From an uncultured Nitrososphaeraceae archaeon (GTDB taxonomy: Archaea; Thermoproteota; Nitrososphaeria; Nitrososphaerales; Nitrososphaeraceae), in NCBI GenBank assembly GCA_963765895.1, contig CAVXZB010000084.1, positions 160,001 through 224,000 on the forward strand: a stretch of 64,000 bases of DNA, given 5' to 3'. The stretch's first letter is position 1. The number at the start of each line of letters is the position of its first letter. Under the pieces are notes generated by a model, which saw nothing but the letters and a program-made list of their open reading frames with translations, was not told the origin of the DNA and ran no database searches. Made by a program: the position numbers and the translations under genes. This document shows positions 21,170 through 31,744 of the stretch, piece after piece.

Positions 21170-23413
21170 TCAACTATAAAACGATTTGTCAGTAGGTCTT
21201 GGAATACTGTAGGTAACCGATTTTCTTATATTTTCATACCAATCCTCGATATCCTTCGTCATAGACGGTTTCACTTGATGAAGTGCCTTTTTAAAATCAT
21301 CCCTTGATATTACCGTGGATTTGTTTCGCATCGCGTTAACTGCTGATTCTCTAGCAAGTGCAACCAAATCTGCCCCGCTGAAGCCTTTCGTTGAATAAGC
21401 TACCTCCTCCAGTTGAACGTCCTGGGTGAGTGGCATAGAATTTGTCAAGATTTTGAGAATTTCGTATCTGCCCTTCTCATCTGGCGGAGAGATATACAAA
21501 ATAAGGTCAAGTCTTCCAGGTCGCAACAAGGATGTATCAATTAGATCAGGTCTGTTGGTAATACCTGTAACAATAACCCCAGCACTACCGGAGTCGTCCA
21601 TCTCTGTCAGGAGCTGAGAAAGCACACGTTCATTACCAGAGAGGTCATCTTCTCCTCTTGGCCTTGCTAACGAATCCAACTCATCGAACACAACTACACA
21701 GGGGGACGAAGCCTTCGCTTTTCTAAATATTTCTCGAATCGCCTTTTCTGACTCGCCGACCCATTTCGATAATATCTCAGGTCCCCTGACTACAATGATA
21801 TTAGCACTACTTTCAGTTGCAAGCGATTTAGCGATGAGTGTTTTGCCACATCCAGGGGGACCGAAGAGAAGAGCTCCTCTAGGCGGTTTAATACCCATCT
21901 TAGTAAATCTGTCAGGCTCCCTAATAGCTGTAATCAGGTTATCATAAAGTGTCCTCTTTGCGTCATATAACCCACCTACATCATTCCACTTTACCTTGGC
22001 AACTTCAACGTAGAATTCTCGCATAGCGGTGGGAATAATTTCCTTCATCCCTTCTCTAAAGTCCCTACTTCTTATTTCCATCATCCCTAGAGTCTCTCGC
22101 GATATTTTGTCGCCTTCGAGGTCAATTTCCGGCAGATATCTTCTGAGGGCCTTCATTGCTGCTTCTCTACACAGAGCTTTTATATCGGCACCGGTGTAAC
22201 CATGAAGTTCAGCCGCCAAACTTCTAAGGTCTATATCATTGGCCGCAAGAGGCATTCCACGGGTATGGATCTGAAGAATTTCCAGCCGACCCTCAGCATT
22301 TGGTACTCCGACCTCGATCTCCCTATCAAATCTTCCTGGGCGTCTCAAGGCTGGATCAATGCTCTCGGGCCTATTTGTAGCCCCAAGAACGATTACATTC
22401 CCACGTTCGGACATGCCGTCCATGAGCGCAAGCAACTGTGCAACAACTCGCTTTTCTACGTCTCCGAATGCCTCTTCTCGTTTTGGCGCAATAGCATCTA
22501 TCTCATCAATAAAAATTATACTAGGTGCCGAATCCCGTGCCTCTTTAAAGATATCCCTTAACCGTGCTTCGGTCTCCCCATAATACTTATTGACAATTTC
22601 CGGACCATTTATTATGTAAAAGTTAGCTTCAGACTCTGAAGCAAGGGCTTTAGCGATCAGTGTCTTGCCGCAGCCTGGAGATCCATACATAAGAATCCCA
22701 TTATGTGGTTCAATACCTAGTCGCGTAAATACCTCCGGGTGCCTTAAAGGTAATTCGACAATCTCGCGAAGACGCTTTATCTGGTCCTTTAGACCGCCAA
22801 TCTCTTCGTATGTAATTCTAGGCTTCTTGTCGAGGGTAGATTCGGCCAATATACTAAGTTTTGTTGAACTGTCAATCTTTGCGATAGTCTTTGGAACCAC
22901 CTTTTCGACTCTAAAGTCCATGGAATTTCCCAAAATGATAACCGATATCTCATCGCCAGCTGTAACTGGGTAACCACGTAGCCTATTTTTTACAAATTCA
23001 CAAAATTCTTTATCGATAACAACATTATTATTCGCAAGTGGTAGGAGAACCACCATTTTTGCAGCTTTCGCCTTTATTGGCTTTACCGAAAGTAAATCAT
23101 TAATTCCTATGCCAGCATTTTTTCTTGTTTGGCCATCAATTCTAATAATATCACTGCCCTGCTCATCATCGGCTTGCCATCCTATGACTGCCGTATTTCT
23201 TTTGCCAGTCAATTCTATTACCTGACCCGGTTCTATGCCAAGCTGACGCATAGGCTCTGGGTCTATTCTTGCTCTGCGCTTACCCACGTCACGATGTTTT
23301 GCTTCAGCTACTCTTAACTGAATTTTCTTGATAGCTCCCTGATCTTTATTTTTCTTACCTTGAGGTCTTTTCAAATGTGTACCAGGTACAGCCTCCGGCC
23401 GAAGTCCATTCAT
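21170..23413 (-). CDS. cdc48: CDC48/VAT AAA+ ATPase
   Basis: N domain (RDVGKRRARID) and two AAA modules (GSPGCGKT/FIDEID/RRPGRFDRE; GPPGCGKT/FDELD/RPGRLD). Confidence 0.96.
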   Translation of the reverse strand: MNGLRPEAVPGTHLKRPQGKKNKDQGAIKKIQLRVAEAKHRDVGKRRARIDPEPMRQLGIEPGQVIELTGKRNTAVIGWQADDEQGSDIIRIDGQTRKNAGIGINDLLSVKPIKAKAAKMVVLLPLANNNVVIDKEFCEFVKNRLRGYPVTAGDEISVIILGNSMDFRVEKVVPKTIAKIDSSTKLSILAESTLDKKPRITYEEIGGLKDQIKRLREIVELPLRHPEVFTRLGIEPHNGILMYGSPGCGKTLIAKALASESEANFYIINGPEIVNKYYGETEARLRDIFKEARDSAPSIIFIDEIDAIAPKREEAFGDVEKRVVAQLLALMDGMSERGNVIVLGATNRPESIDPALRRPGRFDREIEVGVPNAEGRLEILQIHTRGMPLAANDIDLRSLAAELHGYTGADIKALCREAAMKALRRYLPEIDLEGDKISRETLGMMEIRSRDFREGMKEIIPTAMREFYVEVAKVKWNDVGGLYDAKRTLYDNLITAIREPDRFTKMGIKPPRGALLFGPPGCGKTLIAKSLATESSANIIVVRGPEILSKWVGESEKAIREIFRKAKASSPCVVVFDELDSLARPRGEDDLSGNERVLSQLLTEMDDSGSAGVIVTGITNRPDLIDTSLLRPGRLDLILYISPPDEKGRYEILKILTNSMPLTQDVQLEEVAYSTKGFSGADLVALARESAVNAMRNKSTVISRDDFKKALHQVKPSMTKDIEDWYENIRKSVTYSIPRPTDKSFYS

Positions 23414-23418
23414 ACTGA

Positions 23419-23700
23419 TTATTTCATTTTTACAGACTGCCTACTCACGCTAACTACATCAATTTCACCAACGCCTTCTGTGTTCTTGATGGATTCTTCT
23501 AGCTTGTCCATTTGCCCTTCTTCATCATCAATCAAAAAATCTCCAAGAATGGCATTCACTCCAAATGCTATAGGCTCAGTCACATGAGCCTTAAGCTCCA
23601 TACCCTTCGGAATTTGATCATTAAGTGTATTCACTAATCTATTTAGATCAGTATCAGCTTCCGCAGGTAGAATTTTAATTCGTGCCACTAATCTGCTCAT
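23419..23700 (-). CDS. ef1b: Elongation factor 1-beta
   Basis: KILPAEAD, EPIAFG, EGVGEIDV. Confidence 0.93.
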   Translation of the reverse strand: MSRLVARIKILPAEADTDLNRLVNTLNDQIPKGMELKAHVTEPIAFGVNAILGDFLIDDEEGQMDKLEESIKNTEGVGEIDVVSVSRQSVKMK

Positions 23701-23880
23701 CTATGGTCCCTCTAGACCGCAACCAACACATTTGTAAGCCCTAGCAAATTCCCTACAACTTTGGCATCGCCATATGAGGACGTAACCACAATTAGGACAA
23801 TAATATTTCACGCATTCGTCATTTGGCATAATGGGACGATTACAAGATGTACAAACTGGCAATTGTAAAGGCTTTGACAT
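23701..23880 (-). CDS. DUF1610/HVO_2753-type Zn-ribbon protein (59 aa; not in ORF track)
   Basis: Hand translation MSKPLQLPVCTSCNRPIMPNDECVKYYCPNCGYVLIWRCQSCREFARAYKCVGCGLEGP; four CxxC pairs; conserved position upstream of EF-1beta. Confidence 0.92.
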   Translation of the reverse strand: MSKPLQLPVCTSCNRPIMPNDECVKYYCPNCGYVLIWRCQSCREFARAYKCVGCGLEGP

Positions 23881-23921
23881 GTATATATCGTTGAAGATAA
23901 ATATCCGAATTTATACCTTGC

Positions 23922-25116
23922 TTAATCAAATAAGCGTCTTAATTCATTACTTAGCACAGACTTTATGATTTTTGTAGCTTTTTTAGTTCCGATAATTCTG
24001 GCCAACGCCGTTGAATGGAAGTCAAAGTCCCCTGATTGTGATATGAAATCAATTTCCGATTGAGAGATAGAGGCAAATACTTCGTCCAATCCCCTATTAT
24101 CCAATCGCTCAAGGAGCCTTCGAGCAAGTAGCATTTTTTTAAACTCAGAATTAAACTCCAAAAACCATTCTCTTTCGTAGTCCTTTAGCAATTCCTGGTC
24201 ATTTGTATTGATCGCATTTGCCGTAGCTCTGCCAGCATGTATACCTCCCATTCCGCATGTAAAGATTCCACCGGCTGTCGTAGGTTTAGTTTGGCCGGCT
24301 CGCATCTCCTACTACCAAATACTTACGTCCACATAAGAAACTTTCCAGTGGTCCCATTACCCAAATAGGAGAATAAACCTTCCTAACTATATTATATCTT
24401 GACCCCTTACTATTCAAATAATATTTTAATGCTTCTACCACATTTATCCCTCTTCCACCCACACCTACCTTGCCTTTTCCTGAATCAGTGGGTATAATCC
24501 AGGCAAAGAATCCCGGAAATCTAATATTGTCAAATTTCACCTCGATTGCATCACTGTCAATCCACGGTGCATAGACTTCATATTGTGCAGTTTGCAGAAC
24601 ACCAGTTCTATTTTTATGAATTATAGAACCTACCCCTCTAGCATCTATAAAGTATCTACATTTCATCTCTCCTTCTGAAGTTGAGACCAAATAGATTTTT
24701 CCATCATTGATATTGTTTGGATCAAAATCATGGGTATCTTCGACTACGGATCTTACGGAACACCTAACTCTTATTTCAGCACCCAAATCTTGGGCCTCAA
24801 AAGCAATTTGTTTATCAAATTCTCGTCTATCTAGTACAATGACTTTTTGATTATCTGCGTTAACATCAAAACCATTGGAAGGAGACAGGATTTCTGCCTT
24901 TCTAACTTTATTTTGTATAGACTTGGCAGACGGAAGGATTTGAAGCTTTTCTACTGCACTCATACTTACAAGTCCGCCACAGTGCTCAGGGGTCCCAACT
25001 TCGTAATCCTCTTCAAGAACTAGGACTGAGATTCCATTGTGACTAGATAATTCCCGAGCAGCAAGAAGACCAGAAATACTACCACCTGCTATGATAACGT
25101 CATAAATTTTCGACAC
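23922..25116 (-). CDS. Geranylgeranyl reductase family flavoprotein (indel near 24300)
   Basis: DVIIAGGSISG, EHCGG, PGFFAWIIP, VGDA/AGQTKPTTAGGI across the frame change. Confidence 0.85.
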
Positions 25117-25241
25117 TGCGAGGTTATAATCCCGTAGGTCTGCTTATTAACTAAACGACAAATATACGCAGAAGACGTAGGTAGCTATCAGAATCGAATT
25201 TTTACAACAGTACAACAAGGATCAGTCATAAAAGCGGTGCA

Positions 25242-26132
25242 TTAAATCATGTTACGTTTCAAATCGCTATATCTATTCCTAATTGTCACCTCAGTTATTC
25301 CTGCGGCACGTGCAATATCGGCCTGTGTTTTGTTCTCTTTATTCTTGAGACATGAAACGTAAAGAACTGTAGCGGCTAGCCCCATAGGATTCTTGCCCGC
25401 AGAGATTTCATTTTTTATTATCTCATTCATTGAATCGAGAGCAAGTCGTTTGGTTTTTTCGCTTATATTTATCCTATTTGCCACTCCTACAATACATTTC
25501 AAAGGGTCGAGTAATGGAATTTTAAGATCAAGTTCGGTTACGAGCAGTCTATAATCCCTTGCAATATCCTTTCTTTCGAGATTCGCAATCACAGAGATTT
25601 CCTTCAAGGTCCTTGGAGTCCCCATTTCTCGACATGCAATGTACACTGCAGTAGATAATATTGCAGATATGGATCTTCCGTGTACCAAGCCCTTGATCTG
25701 AGCCTTTCTATATAGATAAGACGCTTTTTCAAGCACGGTATCTGGCAGACCGAGCTTATCCTTAAGAGCATCCAGCTCATTTAGTGCTTGCTTGATGTTT
25801 CTAGCCGCATTAGAATCAGTACGGAGCCTGAAATCCCATGTACGTAACCTTTGCATTCTAGATAATGTGCTTGGATCAAGTCTATGACCCCTTGCATCGG
25901 TATTTGCCCTATCAATTACCGTAGAATATTCAATATCATTACAGATTAACGCAAAATTTGATGCCCCAACATTACTTCTATTCGGATAAGTAATGGAAGT
26001 CGTCAACATGCCATGGTCAGGAGAATCAGTAACTTGAACCAATCCGCAGCTATCGCAAATTATCTCTCCAGTATCAGCATCAGCGATGAGATGACCTTTA
26101 CTGCATCCAGGGCATGTTAATGGTGTATGCAT
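25242..26132 (-). CDS. tfb: Transcription initiation factor IIB paralogue
   Basis: CPGC...GEIICDSCG Zn ribbon, RLRTW, GRSI, GKNPMGLAA, TQADIARAAGITEVTIRNRY. Confidence 0.95.
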   Translation of the reverse strand: MHTPLTCPGCSKGHLIADADTGEIICDSCGLVQVTDSPDHGMLTTSITYPNRSNVGASNFALICNDIEYSTVIDRANTDARGHRLDPSTLSRMQRLRTWDFRLRTDSNAARNIKQALNELDALKDKLGLPDTVLEKASYLYRKAQIKGLVHGRSISAILSTAVYIACREMGTPRTLKEISVIANLERKDIARDYRLLVTELDLKIPLLDPLKCIVGVANRINISEKTKRLALDSMNEIIKNEISAGKNPMGLAATVLYVSCLKNKENKTQADIARAAGITEVTIRNRYSDLKRNMI

Positions 26133-26232
26133 TAAGAAGAACTTCTACTAATTGAGTTAATAGTGTCCCTTCCATATAATAGTATTTCATCTTTTCATCG
26201 TTTCAAGTCAAAATCGATCCGCGCCGTTTAAT

Positions 26233-27009
26233 ATGAAGCCATACGAGATTAGTCGAAACGGGAAAACAGATTATAAACAGGTACTTCTAACTTTGAGTAC
26301 GTCTTTAGGTAAATTAACAAGCATATTCGTAATCTTGATCATGATGACACTGTCGATGGTTGGGCTTTCCGCCAAAGCAGCTCCTTCAGGGATCGAGATC
26401 GGGAAAACATCGTCATTTATTGATGAAAACGGAATTATGCATGTGTACGGCGAGGTGAAGAATTTTTCAACCAAGCCCGTGGCAAATGTAGTGATAAAAG
26501 GTTCATTTTATGGTAACAAAGGCAACTTATTAAATGTATTCAGTAGGTCACCAGAATTGAATATTATTAATCCGGGAGGCATTTCGCCATTTGAGATTTT
26601 GTATATTGACAGCAAAACCGTCAATCAGGTTAGAAATTTTAAGATATCAATCGAAACTAACCCAGGACCGACTGAGGGTAGGCTAAAAGCCACGGGACTG
26701 AGGGTTAGTCCATCTAATTCTAGACTAGATATTTTTGGCTTTTACTATATCAACGGAGAAGTAACCAACAATGCCAATCATAGTTCTACAAATACTCTAA
26801 TTATTGCCACACTGTACGACAAAAGCGGAAATGTTATTGCAATAGGGAGAGGCTTAGCCGAGCCATTGAATATTACTGATGGGGCCAGTGGTGCATTTGG
26901 TTTAGCAGTATCAGAGAAATTACAAACTTACAAGACAACAGCCATCTCATTAATCGCAGATTCTGATGAGTTTACTTCTGCCCCCGTATTTACCAGGGCC
27001 AACAGATAG
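26233..27009 (+). CDS. Secreted protein with two FxLYD-type (Ig-like) domains
   Basis: Signal/TM segment; HVYGEVKN...SFYGNKG and INGEVTN...ATLYDKSGNVI repeats. Confidence 0.75.
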   Translation: MKPYEISRNGKTDYKQVLLTLSTSLGKLTSIFVILIMMTLSMVGLSAKAAPSGIEIGKTSSFIDENGIMHVYGEVKNFSTKPVANVVIKGSFYGNKGNLLNVFSRSPELNIINPGGISPFEILYIDSKTVNQVRNFKISIETNPGPTEGRLKATGLRVSPSNSRLDIFGFYYINGEVTNNANHSSTNTLIIATLYDKSGNVIAIGRGLAEPLNITDGASGAFGLAVSEKLQTYKTTAISLIADSDEFTSAPVFTRANR

Positions 27010-27142
27010 TATGAATCAGAAACGATCTCAATTCTGACATTCAAATATTGTTATTCTAGAATTTCTTCTTCTTTTTTGCATAATAATCAAATCAAATAAG
27101 ATGCTCAACTATCAGAAGAAGTAATATCGGTAATATCAGCAT

Positions 27143-28055
27143 CTAATCTCGATACGGAACTCGGACTACCATTAAATCTTCGGCTGCATTCACATTTTCA
27201 TGTATTGATTTGGCCTCACTCACCAATTCGAACGTATTACTGTACCTTGCGCTAAAATGCGTAAGAAGCAGTTTCTTAACTCTTGACCGTGCTGCTTAAC
27301 TGTGCTGCTTCCTTTGCAGTTGAATGAAAATTCAGTGCTGCCTTTCTTTTCAACTTGTGACTATATGTTGATTCAAATACTAGAACATCGCAGTCTATAA
27401 AGAATCTTCGTAGCTTTTCTGATGGCCTAGTGTCTCCTGATATTCCTACTTTGCGACCAAGTCTTCGGGATCCCACTATCTGGCTAGATAATATTGTTTT
27501 CCCTTTATAGATAATGTCTTCCCCATTTTGTAGCCTTCCGTACAGTTCTCCCTCAGGAATACCCAATCGTTTAGCCTCAATAATATTAAAAATCCCTGGC
27601 CTTTCTCCTTCAGTAAGACAGAACGAAAATGCCGATGTAGAATGGGTTGCATTACAACATGTAACATCATAATCCTTTTCTCTTACTACTAGCCCTTCAG
27701 ACTCAATAGTGTGGAGATTCACGTCATAAGATAGACCAAAATTAATGATTCTTGTATTCTCATTTACGAACTCGGCTAATTTAGGTTCGCCATAAATATC
27801 TATCCTATTTTCCCTACCCTGTAACGACATTGTTTGTAACAGACCTAATAATCCAAGACAATGATCCGCGTGCATATGTGTGATGAAAATCTTCATCTTC
27901 TTGTTCACTCCAAGTTTAGACTTTATGTAGTTAAGCTGCATTCCTTCTCCGGCGTCGAACAATAAAACCTCGCTCCCTCGAACTATGGCAAGAGAGGAAA
28001 GCCCTCTGTCTGAAGTAGGAGTTGCGGCTGAAGTTCCAAGAAATGTTATCTGCAT
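27143..28055 (-). CDS. rnz: Ribonuclease Z (indel near 27280; true C-terminus in another frame)
   Basis: FLGTS, FDAGEG, ITHMHADHCLG, SGDTRP, FEST, HST; alternative frame continues LLLTHFSARY...AAEDLM to TAG at 27143. Confidence 0.93.
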
Positions 28056-28249
28056 GTCTACCATAAAATCACCCCGCAGCCCTAGCCTTATGTCCTCGCT
28101 CTAAAGGCATATTGCTTAAAAACACCAATGTGTTAAATGCATCCCCCTTCAGATACTATCATGGTTTATACTTCTAAAACGTGTAAAGGGAATTCCTGAG
28201 GTGTCGGCATCGTATAAAGTCTTGTAGCCTGGTAGTATATAGATCAAGT

Positions 28250-29158
28250 TCAGATAGTATTAGTGATAGCTCGCAGAGGTGAGCAGATGATCGGGCTGAG
28301 ATCTACTTTTGCAAACTCATTAGGAATAGAATTTGTAGCAATAATGTCGTTTACACCGGCTGACATGATCTTTTGTGTTGCATTTTTAATAAGAAGTGCA
28401 TGTGTGCACATTACAAATATTCTTCCGAGTAGACCAAACTGTCTTAGTGCCTCGCATGCTTTAACTATACTGTCTCCAGTGCTTATAATGTCATCCAGAA
28501 TAATTACGTCCCTTTTGCCGAATTGATATTGAGATTCTCCACAATCAATTGTTACTTCACCGGTAGATCTATCGCGACTCTTATTTAGAGCAATAGAGTC
28601 AGTTCTTAATATTGATGCAAGTGCCTTTGCCCGAGCCATACCTCCCAGATCTGGCGAGACAACAATTGGCATATCCAATTTCAACTTTTCTGCGGCGTAG
28701 TTTGCGAATAAAGGTATCGAAGAAAGATTTTGTACATCGATTTTAAAGTGCGAAAGTGACACTTTGCTATGAGCATCCACTGTAATTAGCTGCTTAATGC
28801 CAGCACTTTCCAGTAGGCTGGCTATTAAAGACATCGTAACTACCTCTCCTGGTAAAAATTCTCTATCTTGTCTTGCGTATGCCAAATACGGAATTACTGC
28901 AATAATATTGTTGGCTTGCACTTCAGAGCATTTTCTGATCATCATCATAGCGTGTAACAGATGTCGATCTGTTGGTGGATAAGTAGATTGTACAACGACA
29001 CAAGTCTTTTTTTGGATAGGGGGTAATCGAATCTTGCTTTCCCCATCAGTGAAGATGCAAACTTCTGCAAGGATAGGCGTTACATGTAGGTTGGCTGCAA
29101 TCTTTTTTGCCAACTCAGCAGAAGACGGACCAGATATCACTGAAATATCATCAGGCAA
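28250..29158 (-). CDS. prs: Ribose-phosphate pyrophosphokinase
   Basis: FTDGE, PYLAYARQDR, VSPDLGG, LDDIISTG. Confidence 0.95.
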   Translation of the reverse strand: MPDDISVISGPSSAELAKKIAANLHVTPILAEVCIFTDGESKIRLPPIQKKTCVVVQSTYPPTDRHLLHAMMMIRKCSEVQANNIIAVIPYLAYARQDREFLPGEVVTMSLIASLLESAGIKQLITVDAHSKVSLSHFKIDVQNLSSIPLFANYAAEKLKLDMPIVVSPDLGGMARAKALASILRTDSIALNKSRDRSTGEVTIDCGESQYQFGKRDVIILDDIISTGDSIVKACEALRQFGLLGRIFVMCTHALLIKNATQKIMSAGVNDIIATNSIPNEFAKVDLSPIICSPLRAITNTI

Positions 29159-29429
29159 TCTAACAGACTGTTAGATTATCAACGTTATTAAAAGGATTAG
29201 CAATACAGAATTTAAGAATAATCAGCCGATGAAATAGATTCAGATAGCAACATAATTATTAGTTAAGTTAGGCTTCAATTTTCGAAAATTCCACCAGTTT
29301 AGTCTGCCAGTGAACTGTTTCGAAAAACATAGCAGAAGAGTTGTAATAAGTAGCTACAGTAAACCTGCTATAACAGAATTTCTCGATGGAATCATGCCAA
29401 ATCTCATCAAGGCCAAGAGAGTAGTTCAG

Positions 29430-29940
29430 CTATTTTTGATCCAATGTGAGTCTTTGGTTAATATTTTCTTGTTCGTCGAATTTAGCTAACTCGGCTAAGA
29501 GAAATTCTTTGTATTTTTCCTTTTCTTGTTCAGTCATTCTATCCAAATTTGAACTGAGTGCAGATCCTATTGCAGAAACTCTATCGATTAGATCAAATGC
29601 CATAAATTTGCCCACATTTCCCACTCTTAACATTACATCTAATTGCTTTTGCATTATATTATGTAGAGATTTCATATCGGCGAGCTGTGTTCTCCCCAGA
29701 CGCTGTTGTCCTATATCTACCGTTTTCTACCTCATCAATTAGACCATCTTCTAGTAATCTTCCAAGCATAGGATATATCAAACCCGGAGAAGGTCTCCAT
29801 TTTCCGTCACTATCATTAATAGCTCTATCAATAATCTCCTTTCCTGTCATTGGCTGTTCTTTAAGTAAGCCCAAGACATAATGCCTAGAAAATCCTCTAG
29901 GAATAGAACTACCGACCCGAGAAAACCAGTGAGAAAGCAT
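29430..29940 (-). CDS. PadR family transcriptional regulator (indel near 29680)
   Basis: IPRGFSRHYVL...PMTGKEII...WRPSPGLIYPML; helical tail in the 29430-29675 frame. Confidence 0.85.
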
Positions 29941-29978
29941 ACCAATACTAATATCACTAGCGACAGTTATATTCTTTT

Positions 29979-29986
29979 CCTTAAAT
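29979..29986. repeat. Target-site duplication, left copy (CCTTAAAT); right copy at 32470-32477
   Basis: Identical 8-mer abuts each inverted repeat; the match extends to TCCTTAAATAGTT (29978-29990 and 32469-32481). Confidence 0.85.
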
Positions 29987-30054
29987 AGTTATGCTGCGAA
30001 AAACGACTGATTTCAACACCCGCTGCGGTTCGACTGGTTCAGGAGAACCGCTAA

Positions 30055-31245
30055 TTGTCGCCCTCAGAACAAGAACGTCATCTCACAGGAATCGCTATTG
30101 CACAGTTAGAATCGTCAATTAAACGTATCAATAAATTACGTTATAAAGTTAGATCACAATCAGACATCGAAAAATGGTACGACGTAGTAAAGGAATACGG
30201 CCACAATCTAGGTGGGCACCAGGATGGCAAGTGGACATGTACCTGCGCAGATTACTTATACAGAGGTCTTACTTGCAAACACATCTATGCAGTTTCGATA
30301 TCCAAGGAACTTCGCAAAAGAATTGTAGTAGAGGAATACCAGCCGTCGTCATTACCGGTATCGATAGAATGTCTTAGATGTAGATCAACTTCCATTAGCA
30401 AAGATGGAAGACGTAATAATAAGAGCGGATTTGCGCAAAAATATCTTTGTAAGGCATGCAATTATCGATTCATATCAAACATAGGCTTTGAACATTCACA
30501 GAAGAATCCTAAAGTAATTTGCGCGTCGATAGATCTCTATTTTAAGGGAGTTTCATTACGAAAAATCGCGCACCATATCAAACAATTCTACGACGTAGAA
30601 ATCCATAACACATCAGTTCTAAGATGGATTAGGCGTTTCGGTGAAGTGGTTTCGCCCTTCGTAGATGGGCTATCACCAAAGGTTAGTGGCATTTACCATG
30701 TGGATGAAATGATGATCCACACAAAACGTGAGCGATTAGAGATTGGGAATTATCAATGGCTGTGGAACCTGATGGACGATACTACGCGTTTCTGGATAAG
30801 CAGTATGGTGAGCCAGAGGCGTGAGTTAAATGATGCACGAAATGTTTTCAAGGATGCAAAACGCAAGATGAAAATTGCGAAGGCAATCATACATGATGGC
30901 TTACCGTCATACGACGGGGCGTTCCAGAAGGAATTGTACACATCCAAGAACCCTAGAGTTCGAAATATTAGAAGTATCTCCGTAAGAAATCAAGGGCTAA
31001 ACTCTAAGGTGGAAAGGCTAAACGGCACGATACGCGAACGCGAGAAAGTCATGCGAGGAATGCAACGGAAAGAAACCGCGCAGCAGATCGTTAACGCTAT
31101 GAGGATTCATTATAACTTCGTTAGAGAGCACCAAACATTACAGAAGACTCCGGCAGAGAAAGCAGGAATACGATTAGGTCTAGGTGGAAATAAAATCGAA
31201 AGTCTGATCCGACTAGCCAGTAAGAATAATCAGGGCCATCTATAG
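30055..31245 (+). CDS. DDE transposase with N-terminal SWIM finger, C4 Zn ribbon and HTH
   Basis: WTCTCADY...CKHIYAV (SWIM); CLRC...KDGRR...QKYLCKAC (InsA-like ribbon); GVSLRKIA...SVLRWI (HTH); YHVDEM / IHDGLPSY / KVERLNGTIRER (D-D-E). Confidence 0.93.
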   Translation: MSPSEQERHLTGIAIAQLESSIKRINKLRYKVRSQSDIEKWYDVVKEYGHNLGGHQDGKWTCTCADYLYRGLTCKHIYAVSISKELRKRIVVEEYQPSSLPVSIECLRCRSTSISKDGRRNNKSGFAQKYLCKACNYRFISNIGFEHSQKNPKVICASIDLYFKGVSLRKIAHHIKQFYDVEIHNTSVLRWIRRFGEVVSPFVDGLSPKVSGIYHVDEMMIHTKRERLEIGNYQWLWNLMDDTTRFWISSMVSQRRELNDARNVFKDAKRKMKIAKAIIHDGLPSYDGAFQKELYTSKNPRVRNIRSISVRNQGLNSKVERLNGTIREREKVMRGMQRKETAQQIVNAMRIHYNFVREHQTLQKTPAEKAGIRLGLGGNKIESLIRLASKNNQGHL

Positions 31246-31308
31246 ATGTATTATCGAACTAAGATAATTATAATTGTCTTAATATTAAGCACAATAGAAG
31301 CTCTGTTT

Positions 31309-31744
31309 ATGGTTGACTTCCTGGGATTGTTCGGAATTGCGAGCTACGATTTCGTTACCAATTGCGGCTGCTGTAATCGGAATTGGAATAGTTATTTGAC
31401 AGGAGTTAAGGAGGCAGGATAATAGATTCGCCCAGACCACCACCGAATTGAGAGATTTGAATAGATTTCTAACGAGTATAACTTTGAGTCAGATACAGGA
31501 GAAGATATCAGTCTTGCATAATTATTCCAATTCGCAGACTGAGGTTATTCAAGGTCATTTAGACACAATTATTTCAGATATTAGAGCATTACAGCACATA
31601 CGTGATTTGCTTACAGATCCACAAAGAGAGGAACTTGGTATCATAAGAGGCAGATTCGTTAACAGGTCGGATCTACCGGATATAGTAAATCGAATAAATG
31701 CAGCATTTGAAATTATTTTTTCCACGACTATTCGGGAGGTTTAA
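31309..31744 (+). pseudogene. Transposon cargo: single-pass membrane protein (~145 aa) with a frameshift near 31340 and an in-frame TGA at 31397
   Basis: ATG 31309 lies ~25 nt after TTAATATTAAG; reads MVDFLGLFGIA/ATISLPIAAAVIGIGIVI*QELRRQDNRFAQTTTELRDLNRF..., continuous with the 31448-31744 ORF. Confidence 0.65.
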
